Shown here one piece after another: positions 1 through 13,636 of a DNA stretch of 64,000 nt. The number at the start of each line of letters is the position of its first letter. Positions within the stretch are counted from its first letter, which is position 1. The notes under the pieces are model-generated. The model searched no databases. It was given only the letters and a program-made list of their open reading frames with translations, and was not told the origin of the DNA. Source of the DNA: Takakia lepidozioides (Eukaryota > Plantae > Bryophyta); the NCBI GenBank assembly GCA_030704615.1, contig CM060733.1, forward strand, positions 47,802,001-47,866,000, given 5' to 3'. Both the position numbers and the translations under genes were made by a program.

Positions 1-447
1 GGGCGCACTTACCCAAACATCACTATTAAATACTTTAGAATGAAAGAGGTTGGTAAGTAGTGGTGAGTAGCCCATGGGTAAGGTTTGGTGATGGGGTGGA
101 GGTTGTGGGATGGTGTCAACCCCCTACGTCTCGTGTAACTCCTCTTAGTGCATTGTATATTTAGCCAAATTTGGACAGTCCAATTGCGAAGCCAAGTGGG
201 AGTTATTCCAAGTAGTCTTTACACTCCTTTCAGTGTCACCGATTGGAGTTACATTCCCTTCTATGTAACCCAATTGACCGTTATCCCAACTTATGTTCAA
301 TATCACTCTCGAGAGCCGTAAAAAAGATTTGATATGCTAGAAATTGACTTAGCGTCATGTCAAACAATCACACATATGCTGCTAAGTTCTTACATTATTC
401 CTAGTATTCGTCAGTTGATATCATTTGTACTGTTGTTTGTTTTTCAG

Positions 448-1857
448 AGGTTATGATGGGATTCGGGCAAGAACAAACACTATCCATGAATATGTTGGCT
501 GCCGGCATCTTGGGCCTTGGAGGTGGAGGGAAATCTGAGTTCTCCATGCCAGCCCAATTCGTCCTTCATGGTGGACCACTAATGACCAATCAATTCTCCT
601 ATTGTTTGCCAAAACCCCAGAGTCATCACAACGGATTATTGATCTTTGGTTCCCCGTCGATAATCTCATGTACGTTCAATTTTTCCTCTTTTGAAGTTGC
701 CAAATTGTTTTGGAGATCATGAATCTTATATACATATTTTTCATTTCCTTTAAGTGTATATTTGAAACAAGCATCGACCAACAAACCATGGTCCAAATAT
801 TAGGGCATCAGTCCGTCTTTACAAGTGGTCATGTGTTCAGATCCACATAGGTGCATGTTGGATATCACATATTATGGCCAATTTAGCTGCAAAAGGGGTT
901 ACCTGGATCGATGAGTAGAAAGCATTATGTATGGATATGTGGGGATTTAATTTGAGTCCTAGCTAGGGAGGGGAGTGCAACTGCATTGCCTTGTTTTCGG
1001 CCATTAGAAGATGTCAACTTTCCAAACTGAAGGCAATAGTCACCCGGGTGAAGCCCGACACCAGAAGTTGCGCTTGCTTTGACAAGAGTCTTTCTTCTTT
1101 ATCTCACAGATATATTACGAGTCACATTTTTGTCATGAAAAGTATGTAAAAAGGACATTCCACATTAGGATTTTGACTCAAACTTCTTTTGGGGCCATAA
1201 TTTTATTTTATACAATATATATATATATATAAGACGTTATCTTAACAATATTCTTTTCCACAATACATTGCAGTTCCTGACGCCACCTTTGTGCAAATGC
1301 CGGATGGAGGGGTTTATGGAATGAGTACATATTATGTTCCTCTCACAAGAATTCTAGTGGATGACCAAGAAGTGCCTAATATGCCTCTTTACATCTTTGA
1401 CATCGACGGGGAAGGTGAAGGAGGTGTGATAATTGACACCGGCACTAAATACACAACCCTCACTACAGAAGCATATTTGCCATTTAGGGCTGCATTTATT
1501 GATGCAGCATCACGAATGGGGAATGGGCCTCTAGGCCCGCCTCACGATGTCATCCAGACATACCAGTACTTTGACACGTGTTGGGATGTGGATCCTGACC
1601 TGCATTTTCCCGACTTTCCAGTAGTGACATTTGTGTTTAACGACGTTGAAACAACTTTGAACTGGAGATTGAGTCTAGAACAAACTATGTTCTATGAAGG
1701 AGACCCTGAATTAGACACAATACTCATGTGTTTAGCTTTTAGCTGTCGTAGTCAGCATCAAGCGAGTTTTCTTGGCGCTTGGCAACAACAAAATATGCAA
1801 GTTCTGCTCAATTTGCCTCAGAATGAAATTGGAATTTCTCCAAATCGTTGCCTATAA
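448..1857 (+). CDS. Host A1-family (nepenthesin/TAXi-like) aspartic protease, last two exons (448-669, 1274-1857); 5' exons lie outside the window
   Basis: AGILGLG, FSYCL, second catalytic motif GGVIIDTGT, FDTCW, CLAF, and C-terminal LGAWQQQNMQV...IGISPNRC. Acceptor tttcag|448, donor 669|gtacgt and acceptor tgcag|1274 join in frame (...SIIS-F-PDATFV...). Confidence 0.9.
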
Positions 1858-1996
1858 GATTAATGGTCAATAAATTTATTGTAATTCATCTTTTTAGTCA
1901 ATTCTTCAAAAACATTTGTTGTAAGTATACAACCTATTTGACGGATAATGGAATGATATTTATTGTTTATTGTTTATTTTTTCTATGTCATTTGAT

Positions 1997-4900
1997 AAAC
2001 AACTTCGAATTCAAACTCGTGCAAGATTATCATCTATTTTGCTATCCTGCCACTTATCAAAGGCTTGTTCACCAGATAAATCAAAGCTTGATGATCCACA
2101 TAAAACATAAACTTCCTTCTCAATAGGTAATGCCTGAATTCTTGACTGCATAAATCATTGCCAAAGCTTCTCTTTCAGTTGTGCTATAGTTCCTTTCAAC
2201 ATTGTTCAACAATCTGCTAGCATAGTACACAGGTGAATCTATGTTTCCTGTGACATTTTGGGCTAACACAGCTCCCAATGCTTCTCCTGAGGCATCACAG
2301 TGTACATGAAATACCACATGCCAATGCGGGTTAATCAACACAGGTGTAGTTGTTACTGACAGTGTAAGTTCCTCAAAAGGTATGACTTTGTATGCATAAG
2401 CACCCCAGTCTGTGATGAAAGTTGTCTTCCCCTAGTCTTCTTCTACTACTTGCACTTGGTTATACCCACTGAAGCCATCCATGAATGAATACATCTCATG
2501 GCCTGCCACAGTGTCCAATACAGCTTCTGTGAATGGCAAAGGAAAAGGATCTTTCTTTGTACAAGCATTCAACTTCTATAGTTCACACAAACTCTCAGTT
2601 TGCCATTCTTCTTGGGAACTATCACAATGGGTGATAGCCAAGTTGTATACTCTATCGGGTATATGAACTTAGCCTCATCCAGCTTCTTGATCTCTTCCCC
2701 AACCTTCTGTGCATAGTTAGGATTTATCCTGTACCTTGACTGTTTAATTGGTACTGACCCTGGTTCCAATTCAATCTTATGCTGGCAGATCTCAGGTGGT
2801 ATCCCTTTCAGATCCTCATAGCTCCAAGCAAATACATCTATGTATTTGTTAAACAGGCTCTTAGCTTCCTCAAAGAATTTTGGCTCCAAGTCAGCCCCTA
2901 CTTTCACCATTCTTGGTTCCTCCTCAGTTCCCACATTCACTTCTCTTACCTGCTCTTCAGCTGTGATTGTCCATCCAGCCACTACTTCATCCTGTAAACT
3001 CACAGTGGCTGGTTCTTCTAGGATTTATATTTCTCCCTCTCTTTCCTCATAGAAATGTGGTGGGTAACTACTTGTTTCCCCCTTAATTGGTGTTGTTGTT
3101 ACTGCACCACAACAAATACCTTTTAAGCAACTCAGACCTCCCTGTTGCATTTCTGCAACCTGCTCCCACTCTGGGTATGCATCAAACAGGGTAGCTTCCT
3201 GCTCCTCATCAAGTCCTCCCCTCCAGTCATACTCTCTGATTCCACGAGGTCTTCTGGTAGCAGGTAGCCTACTAGATTTCTTAGTGGTGACCTACATCTT
3301 GTGCTTCCCATCATGCACAGTCAATAACTAGGAATTCCAGTCATGGAATACCCTGGTCTGTTTCAGCCATGATCGACCCAGCAATAAGGAGTAAGCTTCC
3401 ATGACATCATCCATTTTCAACACAGTCACTGCCATCTTAAAGATCATCTTCTGATTGTATCTTCACTCCTCTTATCAAGCCTAATGGTTGTACACTCCTT
3501 TGATCTGCCATTGTTACTGTGAATGGGGCTGGTTTCATCTTACTTAGACCAAGCTTCTGCCTTAATTGGTTTGTCATAATATTCACTCCTGAGCCTCCAT
3601 CAATCAGTACATCAGTCAGGTCTGTGCTTCCAATTCTCAATTGGATTACTGGCATAGAATCATCACAGTCCATGACTGTTTCTCGCCCTTCACGCTTCAC
3701 ATTATAACTTGTCACCTTGCTGTTCCAGATCTGTGTTCTCTGTCACATGAGCAATCTGATTGATTGCTTGATACAGCCTGTGCCTACAATGAGGTGCCAT
3801 AGCCAATAGCTGTCCAATGGTAATCTCAGCTTTGGTCTGGCATATTACTTCAGCCAAAATCCCTTCATTACCCTGCACTGTGAAGCCTCCCGCTTCACTT
3901 TCTCTTCACCTTCTTCATCTTCTCTTTCAGAGTCAGAAGATTCTGCTTCTGTATCCTTCTACATTTCCCTTATGGTATCAGCCACTTCTTTGTGCAGTTC
4001 CTTCTCATCTCTCCAAGCCTCATCATCTTCAGGCACATCACTGCCATCTTCATTTACATCTTCCTCCTCATCCACTAGAGGCATTAGTTTAGCTTTGCTT
4101 CTGGTAACTATCATTGTACTTACTTCCGGTACAAAACATGGCCTAACCATATGAGCTGCCACTACTGGGCCCTCATTCACAGGAGCTCTCATCTCATTCT
4201 GGTGTCTGATCCAGAATGGACAGGCTGCTTTGCGATGTCATGCCTGGTTACAATAGTAGCACAATTCTTAACCATTGGGTCCTCGCCCTTGGTCTATTAT
4301 GGGATTATTTCTATAATCCTAGTTCCCTGGAGCTGGTAATTCCCCCTTGGATTACCCTGATAGTTGCCTCTGGGATTGCCTTGGTAATTCCCTCTTGGAT
4401 TACCCCTCCCTGCCATACCATTGTTATATCCACCAGGCCTACCATAGTGGTCTTGATCATTGTTTCTTCTTGGCTGGGGCTGCACTTGATGCACCCTAAC
4501 TTGCCCAGGTTCTCTTGCAGCTGTCCTTCTGTTGTAATAACAATTCTCAGTAGAATGGTTATCCATTTTACAGATAGTACAGTGTTTCTCCTTCATGTGG
4601 CACTCAGCTGTGGTATGGCATTCAGTTACAACCTTTGTGGCATACTTTTTCAAGATTTCTTCCAGTCTTTTCTCATAGTTGTCTCTTCTTCTTGCTCTTT
4701 CTCTTGAGCTCTTGCTCTTCTTCCTCATCTGACTCATCTCCAAATTCCTCATCATCCATTTTATATCTCCTGAGCATTCCCAATTGCTCAATTCTGTTGG
4801 CTGTTTCGAATGCCTCCTCCACTGTATTATGGGGTAGCATATCCACTTTCTTTTGTAATTCAGGTCTTAGTCCACTCACAAACCAGGTCTTCTGTAATCC

Positions 4901-7575
4901 TAGTGCTGGTACAACAGCCAGCGTTTTCATCATTAACTCCATCTTCTCCTTATATTCTTTAACAGTTTCATGCTTCTTTTGTCTTAACTGTTGTAAACTC
5001 CCATACACTTCATCCTCAATTTTGCTTGTCATGAACCTGTTTCGGAATGTTGTACTAAGGCCATTCCAGGTTAGGAAATGATTATTAGGAAACCTTGCAT
5101 ACCATTCACTTGCTTTCTTGATAAGTGAACAAGGAAACAGTCTCATATTGGCATCATCGTCATTCTCATTGTTCACAATACACATGTGCTCAAATTGGCT
5201 GATGTGTACATCAGGATCCCCTTTTCCTGCATATATTGGAAAAGGTGGTTTTGCCCGTGTTGGAGGTACCGCCATCTGTGGCCCTACACCGTGCCCACTG
5301 ACAGGTGTTGGTCCTCTTGTTGGTGCTGGTCCTTGAGGACCTGCTGTTGTAGTGGTGGAACTCCCACCAGGTGTTGGCCCCTGAGCATTCCCTGCTACTG
5401 GCCCTTCTATACTTATAGTATCCCCAGCTCCAGTTGCACTACTTCCTACACTCCCTGTCCCCCCAGAGCCAGATCCAAGCTGCCCGCCTGATCCCCCTGA
5501 GCAGACACCTTTGTTGGCCTGTGATCCAAGTGCTCCACTTGCTCCACGTCCAATAGGTTGGAATGTCCTGGTTGTAGTCTCAACCTCAACTGTTGCAGGA
5601 TCTACTTCTTCATACTCTTCATCTTCCAAGTTCTTCTCTTGGATTTCCTCTTCCTCACTCATATAACTCAACTGAATGGTGTTGGAGAGTCTGACCTCTT
5701 CGTTGGCTCTGCCACATCTTCCTCTCCTTCTTTGTCTTGTGATTCGGAAATTGAAGTTCTTGCTTTTGGTGTCCCATGCCAACTCTGATCAAAGATTTCT
5801 GTTAAATCTTTAATCCAGGGATGTACCTCAGATCTCTCCCCTCATGGCTGATCTTCTTCCTATACCAAATCCCTTAATCTTTCTTGTAAAGAATAAGAAA
5901 GAGTGGCATCCAACTCTGGTTCTTCCGGTATGGGTGATGTACTCTCCGGTCTTACTGGTGTGAGAGGTCCAGATGATTCCCCTATGTCTATTCCTCTCTC
6001 CCAAAGATATGGATAATTAGCTTTCAAATAACTTTCTCTTTTCGCTGAATATCTGTGGAGTCTAGCTTCTCTTTCATCATTCATGTCCCATGTCTTTCAC
6101 ATCTTTAATGAGGCAATAACCAAAACTCTCTTCTGTAGTATCTCTCGTATATGCCTGGATTTCTTTCAAGCTTTAATGCACCCTTGGCTATACTATAAGT
6201 CTCCGTTACCATATAACCATATGACAAGCACGTTTGAAAAGTTGTTCTTGGTGTAAGTTTGATCCACAGGATATCCTTAGGATTAATCCAATTCTTTACC
6301 AGTACAAGTTCTTCATGCATATGAGTGTAAACATTCACTTTCCGTTCCTCCCAGCTTTCAAACTCCACTCGTTTAATGGATAGCAATGCTATCACATAAA
6401 CCAGTGTTGGTAACCATCTTGCTCTCCCTCTACAGGCCACTTGATAACTCTTTATCACTACTTTCTCCAGACCCCACTCAGGATTAGGATCATGCACTCT
6501 CTTAAGAATGTTTTCTTTGCAACCGTCTGGCAATTCCAAGAATCTCTGAAAGAATTGTTTGGACAATCTTTCTTTCTCAGTTTCACAGGGAATTTGATTC
6601 ACATCAAATTCTTTAATTCTCCAACCACCATGATCCCACCAGATGCCTGTCACATCTGGTTGTTCTTGACCCAGGTCCCCAGTATGGTCGCCAAATGTCG
6701 AATGGCTTTTACTCACCCATCCCTTCGCTATCCGAGGTGGAAACTCCAAGATAGAAGAGTTGGATATCTCTAAGCACTCAGCCCACTCAGAACAATCAGT
6801 CATGACCTACAACTAGTGTATCATGGGGGTACTTCTTTATTCTTTCTCACATTCATATGAGCAAGTTACCTTACTATCTATGTTAAAGTATCAGATTGCT
6901 TCAGCAATCTACCAGGTTCCAATCATTCATCCATTCATTTCACAGCTTCACTTAGGTCTCTCTACACAGGGTGAGTACGGAATATGTATCAGATTATTAT
7001 CTATCAAGTATCAGACCAAAGCCATGGTATCTCTAGTCTACTCTATAGTACAACTCTACAGCTTGCATTCATCAAGCATCTACAGATTGTGTCTCCTCCT
7101 CTACTGCGCTCTCCATTCATCCTCTCAAAATCGTCCTCCGCTCCCTGATGACCAAGTCGTGATCCCCCAAGTGTCTCCATAAGTCCCCTCCATGTTGCTA
7201 CTCTGCATAATCTACCTACAAGCTGTTCTAACCGCCTAACTAACTAACTGTCATCCAGACAGAATGCACGTTCCCTCTGCAAATGTCGTTCCCACACAAT
7301 TGTTCCCTGCCAATGATAACCGTTAAGCTGTGTCGGGCTGTGATAGACTGTGACAAGCTGTGTAGGGCTGTGTCATACTGTGTTTGGCTGTGACAAGTTT
7401 GTAAGGCTGTGTCAGATTGTGTTTGGCTGTGACAAGCTATGTAAGGCTCTGTGAGCCTGTCTACCACCCCTAAGGCATGTGTTGGTCTAAGTCTATCATC
7501 CGTAAGTCTGCGCAAAAATTAAGGGTACCCCACAGAACCCGTAAAACTGTCTAAGTCCCAGACAGCCCTCTAACA
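1997..7575 (-). mobile_element. Ty3/Gypsy family A, copy 1 (decayed, 3'-truncated after RNase H)
   Basis: Starts TGTTAG at 7575. Order: extra ORF 6803-6105; gag 5782-4297 (retrotrans-gag core, CCHC knuckles); protease LIDGGS (3715-3437); RT N-terminus SPIVIVPKK (3003-2569); RNase H CDAS...YSTTEREALA (2341-2120). The RT core is deleted at ~2378, and there are frameshifts and stops. Confidence 0.9.
6105..6803 (-). CDS. Accessory ORF upstream of gag in Gypsy family A (unknown function)
   Basis: Open 232-aa frame; clear homolog at 34318-35070 in the same position relative to gag. Confidence 0.65.
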   Translation of the reverse strand: MTDCSEWAECLEISNSSILEFPPRIAKGWVSKSHSTFGDHTGDLGQEQPDVTGIWWDHGGWRIKEFDVNQIPCETEKERLSKQFFQRFLELPDGCKENILKRVHDPNPEWGLEKVVIKSYQVACRGRARWLPTLVYVIALLSIKRVEFESWEERKVNVYTHMHEELVLVKNWINPKDILWIKLTPRTTFQTCLSYGYMVTETYSIAKGALKLERNPGIYERYYRREFWLLPH

Positions 7576-10500
7576 CATCTTGCTTTGGACAATGCATGAT
7601 TATCCAGGTATATTATGTTCCCCATGAGAAACCCGCGTACATTTACCTGTCACGGGATATTGATGAGGATTGGGATCGATCGAAGTAGCGACGACAGTCT
7701 TCTGCACCGTAGTGGGATAGATGCACATAGAAACTTTTTGTCTTTCCTAATGTGGCGGAATGTCTATAGGACTTACTGTTTGCTCGGGGTTGAGCACTAA
7801 AGGGTACCACGAATGCCTGCATTGTGGCGATGAACTTGATGCACAAAGCTCCAGCAATCTTCGCAAGATGGTGTATCCCAACTACCGCAAGTTTCTTCCT
7901 ATGAGCCATCATTGGAGAAGAAGAGACAAACACTTGTTTGATGGCAAAGTGCAGTTACGTCCCCCACCTGTGACACCATCCGGGCACTTTTAGGAAGACC
8001 GATGGAAGGAGGCCCATCCGGAGGGGTCCGGTGAAGTGGAGGTGCCCGGCATGAAGCGACTTTCAATCTTCTACGAGTTGTCATATTGGGCGGTACATAT
8101 TCCACAAAAACACCATCAATATTGCTATGCATGCATGTGATATTGCATGTTTTGTATGATTTCCATTGTCACTTTCACGACAAAATAGACATGTAAGAAT
8201 TTGTGGGTGGGGATATGTGTAGGACCTGAAGATTCGTCATTTTCTAGATCCCATGCATATTGAGAAGAATGTTTGCTCGTCCCTTTTTCGTGTTCTTCAT
8301 GGCACGCTGGCAAAGAAGGGAGTGGCTGCGAAAGGAGATTCTCTTGGTGTTAGAAAGGAACTTGAGGAGCAAGGTCGCATGCCCCATCTATGGGCCGAAG
8401 AAAATGGTGTGGACCCAAAGGGTGTTGTACGGTGGAAGTATAGGCGCGCACCTTGGCAATGGACAAAGGAGGAATACAAGTAAGTGATAGCCACCATAGG
8501 AGCTGTCCAAGCACCAACTGGTTATGGGTCATCCCTCCGTATGAAGTTCAACGAAGACGGGGTCCATGGTTTGAAGTCTCATGACTACCACAATCTATTG
8601 CAAGACATCTTGCCCATTGCAGTACGTGGGACATTGACTCCCGAGGTTCGCGAGACAGTCTATAGATTGGGAGCATTGTTTCGGGTGGATTTGCTCCAAA
8701 GAGCTGGAGGAAGCGGACTTTGTACGCATGAAGAAGGAGGCGGCGGTGGTCATGTGTATATTGGAGATGCACCTTCATCCCTCCTTCTTTGACATCCAAG
8801 TGCACTTGGTAGTGCACTTAGTGGAAGAGGCTTCAATTTCCGGCCTCGTTCATTCTCGGTGGATGTACTATCTTGAGCGATACATGAAGACTTTGAAAGC
8901 ACATATAAAGCAAATGGCACACCCGGAGGATAGCATGGCGGAGGGGTATACATTGCAAGAGGCTATGTTCTACTGCATGGAGTACTTGGCAAGGGTGGAT
9001 AAGGAAGCCCCTCCGATGTGGAGGGAAGATGAGGATGTACAAACCAATGACATCGTTTTGTCCTAAAATTCAAAGAGGGTAAAATTACCTATCATGGTGA
9101 TTAACCAAGCGCATGAGTTCATACTGAAGAACACCCCATCCATACATGAGTGAGAGGCAAGATACAATAACCTTGTTCAGCAACGACAGGAGGAGACGGT
9201 TGCGTGGAGGCGGAACCATGCAAGGGCGATTACACGCGCTCCGTGAGCAAGGGGCCAGCGTAGCCTCGTAAGAATGTGCCTTCACAAGAATTGCCCATGG
9301 AATTGTAGCCTCTAAATTCATTCCGCCATTGGCTTCGGACTGAAGTAGAGGATAATATTGCGAAAGGTGAGGTGGTTTCAGATTTGGTGCAAGACATTGC
9401 AAAAGGTCCTTCTCAATTTGTGACCTCATACACGGCGGTTTGGGTTCATGGTCGTCATTTCCGCATTCGTGCTCTTGACATGAAGCGCAAAACAACGTTT
9501 GATTCTGGCTTGTGTGCCTCATATTGGCAAGACTCCGTGTGGGGCATGGGAGATACACGACCTACCATGAGCACACTCAACTACTTTGGAGAGCTTGAGA
9601 GCATACTCCAACTTCAGTATACAAGGCACCAACCTCTTATCTTCAAGGCAAGGTGGTTCCAGCCACATCTTGTGGGGCCATCCGCAACAATAGTGGAAGA
9701 CAAGTGTGGTTTCATGCGCGTCAATAAAGATAGGCTTGAGTCTACTCATCATCCCTCCGATAAGCCTTTTTCATGGCCTTCAGACATGAAGCAAGTTTTC
9801 TTCTCCGGATCAGGAAATTGGAAGGTGGTTGTGCATGCTCAGCCAAGAGGAAGACGTATCTATCATGGTCGGGGATCTACATGGGGCGAGGCAGATGCGG
9901 AGGAGAAAGAGACTGGTCATGATGACGCTGATGTTGGCCGAGGTTGGATTGAGGGGGTACAAGAGAATGATGCTGTCCCGGACAATGCATCCCGGACCCT
10001 ATACAATGAGGCTCCATTAGATGCGGATGTTGGAGAAGAAGATGAAGACATGGTCATTGAAACTGAGGTGGAAGATGATTCAGATGTGCCTTTTGGTGAC
10101 CAGGCCATTTATGACAATGACTCTGATGAGCAAGAAGACTTGCAGCTTGATGAGGATGAAGAAGCTCTGGATGATGATGTTCAAGTTGATTAGACACGTA
10201 ATCAAAGCTACATAATAATTCTCACACATAATTGTATCCATCCCTTCAATTGATTGTACATGTACATGCATGTAGCTTATTTCTATGATTGATTAATGAA
10301 AAATCCATGAAAAAAATCCTTTGTAGGTGTGGCGATCTAGGAATGATTCTAGTGAAGTTGTGACTCGAAAAAATGACTCTAGGATTGTTGAGTTTTTGTA
10401 CGAGGGCAAGAATGTTGGAAGACATGGTTCTTGTTCTACAAGTGCTGACCAAGACTTACCCTTGGAAACACTTCAATCGATTTGGTTACCATGATCTCGA

Positions 10501-11981
10501 TGCAACAGACAGAATCTTCGAAATTGGTGTGAAAGACAACAATGTTCCTAAAGCCATTGCCAAAGCAATCTACCCTCAACCCTCTAGTTCCATGGCCCTT
10601 CCCTTTTCCTTTCCAAGTGTCCCCACCCCCTCTTCCTGCCCTTTGTCTTTAACAATAAGGCTGCCCGGGTTGATCACGGTCTCTCACATGCAAGATAGAC
10701 CTGTTATATTGTAGCACAGAAGGAGGACTAAAAAGATTTGCAACAATGGATCCATTCAGCTTGGCCTCTACCATGACCTTTGCAAAGACACAGTAAAGGC
10801 GATATTGCAATTCCCCGCCGTCGCAGACCTGTTGGGGCATCGCAATGTCGTCGCAAGGCGACCCCTAGAAGTTGCAACCCCCTACATTTACAATATCTAT
10901 GATTGCGGATTTGTCCTACGTAATGATTTTTGTTTTAGCTCTATTTTGTTTTGTGAATACAAACCCCAGACCACTACATCCATGGAAAAAATTGGACCAA
11001 AAAAAAAACAAAAAAAAAAACAAAGAGTTTCCTTTACTCATTATTACGGAACTCTCTATGGAGAGTGCATGAAGTTGAAAAGAACTCAACTTGGGTGATG
11101 GGGGAAGAAAATATGGTTCAGTCCAAATGATTTTGTTCACTCCCAAAATTTGCACACGCATTGCAAACGATGTCATTAAGCATATGGCTTGGGAACGGAA
11201 TAAAACAAAATCATGTGCATGTGCAAAAAATCATCATCCCATTTGAGGAGATGAGGAGCTGGATGTGGCGGCGGCCGTCAAGTTTGCTGGGATCGGCACC
11301 AATGGTGGTATAAAGAACTCTGGCCCTGTTATACAACAAGAGAGAAGGAGCACTATAATTGGAAGAAGGGGATCAATTGATCCTGGCTTCTGCCATGACC
11401 TTTGCAAAGAGACACTAAATAGGGCCTCTCTGCGACTCCCGGACGTCGCAGGCCCGTTGCATTACCGCTGACGGGCAACTTCTAGCAGTCGCAACCCCCG
11501 TGAGGTGGCGTGCCCTCGCCACGTGGCGGCCAAGGGGGAAATGGCATCCTTGCGACTCCCCAACATCGCGGCCTGCAGGAGCGTCGCCCCAGCAGACATG
11601 CGACTGCGGGGAATCGCAACCTCGCCATTGTGGCATTTCGGCGACGTCTGGATTCGCAAACCCCAGCACGACCTGAGTCATCCTCCCCACGCGCCTAAGT
11701 GTGAGGGGGTGTTGTTGCGATTCCCGCAGTCGCAGCCTTGCGGAGCATCGCAGAGGGTAAGTGCGACGCCGGGCGTCACAACCCCCAGCTCGCTTGCGGG
11801 TCATCCCCAACAGCAGCGACGTGGCGGAATCGCAAGCAGGCGAAGCGTCACCGGAGCGGCGTGGCGTGATGGGCCGACGTCGCAATTTCCGGGTCGGGCG
11901 CCTGCGCGCGCTGCAGGAGGGTCGTCGCGTCCGACGCGCCCGGGGTCCCGGCATCGCTAATCCCCCCTAAATGTAGTAGTG
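7576..11981 (+). mobile_element. CACTA/En-Spm DNA transposon, 3' part with decayed Tnp2 transposase
   Basis: Tnp2 motifs GYHECLHC, MHIEKNV, GLKSHDYH, FFDIQVHLVVHLVEE, RWMYYLERYM and DUF4216-like FKARWF. GTCGCA/TGCGAC-rich subterminal repeats at ~11420-11960. Ends ...TAGTAGTG at 11981 (reverse complement of CACTACTA). Confidence 0.88.
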
Positions 11982-12249
11982 GTTGATGGATCAGAGCTCT
12001 CTCTACCTAGCACATCACTATATTCTACCAGATGTTAAACCTTCCTAAACCTTTTTAACCGCTCGTGCCTCACCTGGCCACATTGGCCTCTTCGACAATT
12101 TGGGGGATTCCTGCTGAGCTAGCCTTTCTGCCATCTTTGCTGCATAGTCATGAAGACACATAGGTTTGGGTGGGGTGAAGAGAACAACAGCTGCTTTTCA
12201 ATGAAGATCTGCCCTCTTCTCGGCAATTTGTGCCTTCCTATTTTTCCTC

Positions 12250-12955
12250 TCCTGACGTGCAGCCATTAAGGAGGCTGTACGGCGATGAGCTGGCGTCATT
12301 GAAGCTGGCCTCCTTGAGCAAATTGAAGGAACATCACTGCAGTAGGGAAAAAAAAACCATGGTCATGAGCCTTGCAAAGGGAACGTGTTGGCCGGGCCAT
12401 GGCAAACAAGACAGCGCAGCAGAATTGAGAAATCTGCGCCGACTATCATGTTTTGAAGAAAGAAAACGAGAGGAACAACAAACTTACTCACTCCAGTACA
12501 TGGACATGCACAGGTTGGTCACCAGAATCCCGGAACCACTCATCAGGTGTCAAGTCTATTAGGGCCATGGGGTCAGGTGTAGCAAATATCTCACTTTGCA
12601 GGCCTTGCAGTTTCTCTCTTACAAGCTCTCTATCGCCTTCCAAGGCTAGCAAGTGGCGACCACAAACCCGTGCAGCCACCATGGATGCGCCACAGTTTGC
12701 AGTGAGCTCCACAATCTTGCCCCCAATGTCAGTCAACATCTCCATAAAAGTCTGTAGGAACATTGGGTTTTTTTCTCTGGTGCCTCTGAACCAGGTCCCA
12801 TCAGCTCTTGCGTACAGCTTGTCTTTGGTGACACAATTGCGCACAATGTCGGTGTCAACCGGATTGAAGTCGGAATCCAGTTTCTTGGCATCCCGGCCAA
12901 GGTCGCAGGCGTATGTCGGGCTCTTCAATAGAAAAAAAGCATAAAACACCCGAGT
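12250..12955 (-). pseudogene. Paralog C: 3' exons of the ParB-like/beta-class amino-methyltransferase gene family
   Basis: Exon after acceptor ttacag reads TRVFYAFF...WFRGTREKNPMFLQTFMEMLTDIGGKIVELTANCGASMVAARVCGRHLLALEGD. It is collinear with 24497-24900 and matches the C-terminal SAM-binding block of N6_N4-type MTases. Confidence 0.65.
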
Positions 12956-13062
12956 CTGTAAGGACACGGGTGACATGTTGGAAAACGTTGATAATAATTT
13001 CGTACTTCCCAGGCACCAGCCACTGTCCGATATTGTTAAGCAGGAAAACAGGGGGCTAAGAT

Positions 13063-13262
13063 GGAAGTCTGTGCAGACTTCCCATACTGTTCTGGAAAGC
13101 CTATGCCGACTTCCAAAACAAAACGTGGATTGCGGCGTTGTTCAAACTGCTAAGCATAATTCACTGTTATATGAAAAAAACCACTAGTGGACGTGGGAAC
13201 AGGAGGCACTTATGTCTTTAATGGAATAGGGCTGGGAATTTTGGAAGTCTGTGCAGACTTCC
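13063..13262. repeat. Palindrome GGAAGTCTG-TG-CAGACTTCC x2 (13063-13082, 13243-13262) plus a degenerate copy at 13094-13114
   Basis: Read directly from the sequence; lies in the presumed intron 5' of the paralog C MTase exon. Confidence 0.85.
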
Positions 13263-13636
13263 CACATTGACAGGGAATGAAACATGATGAACGACGCAAG
13301 TGTAGATGCATATTTAGACACGTATTTATTTTTCGATGGTTTTTATTCATTATGAAGGCAGTTTCGGCATTATGGTGCCAAAACTAGGAAAAGTGGAAAC
13401 ATTTTAAGAAGGAGATGCCTCCCGCAATCGGAGAATCAGTGACAGGGTAGAAGATCTGGAGGAGCACCACCAAGTTTGATACTCCACGGAAGCTGTCGTC
13501 TTTCGGAGCGACGGGACGCAAAGAGTATATTGACAAAATGCAGTCAAAAGGCTCTGATTAGCCCGAGGATTTACCGGGGCGTCAAGAGGGCCTTACCTAA
13601 ATTACCCACAAAATTTGGGAATTTTCGGTTAAGGTT

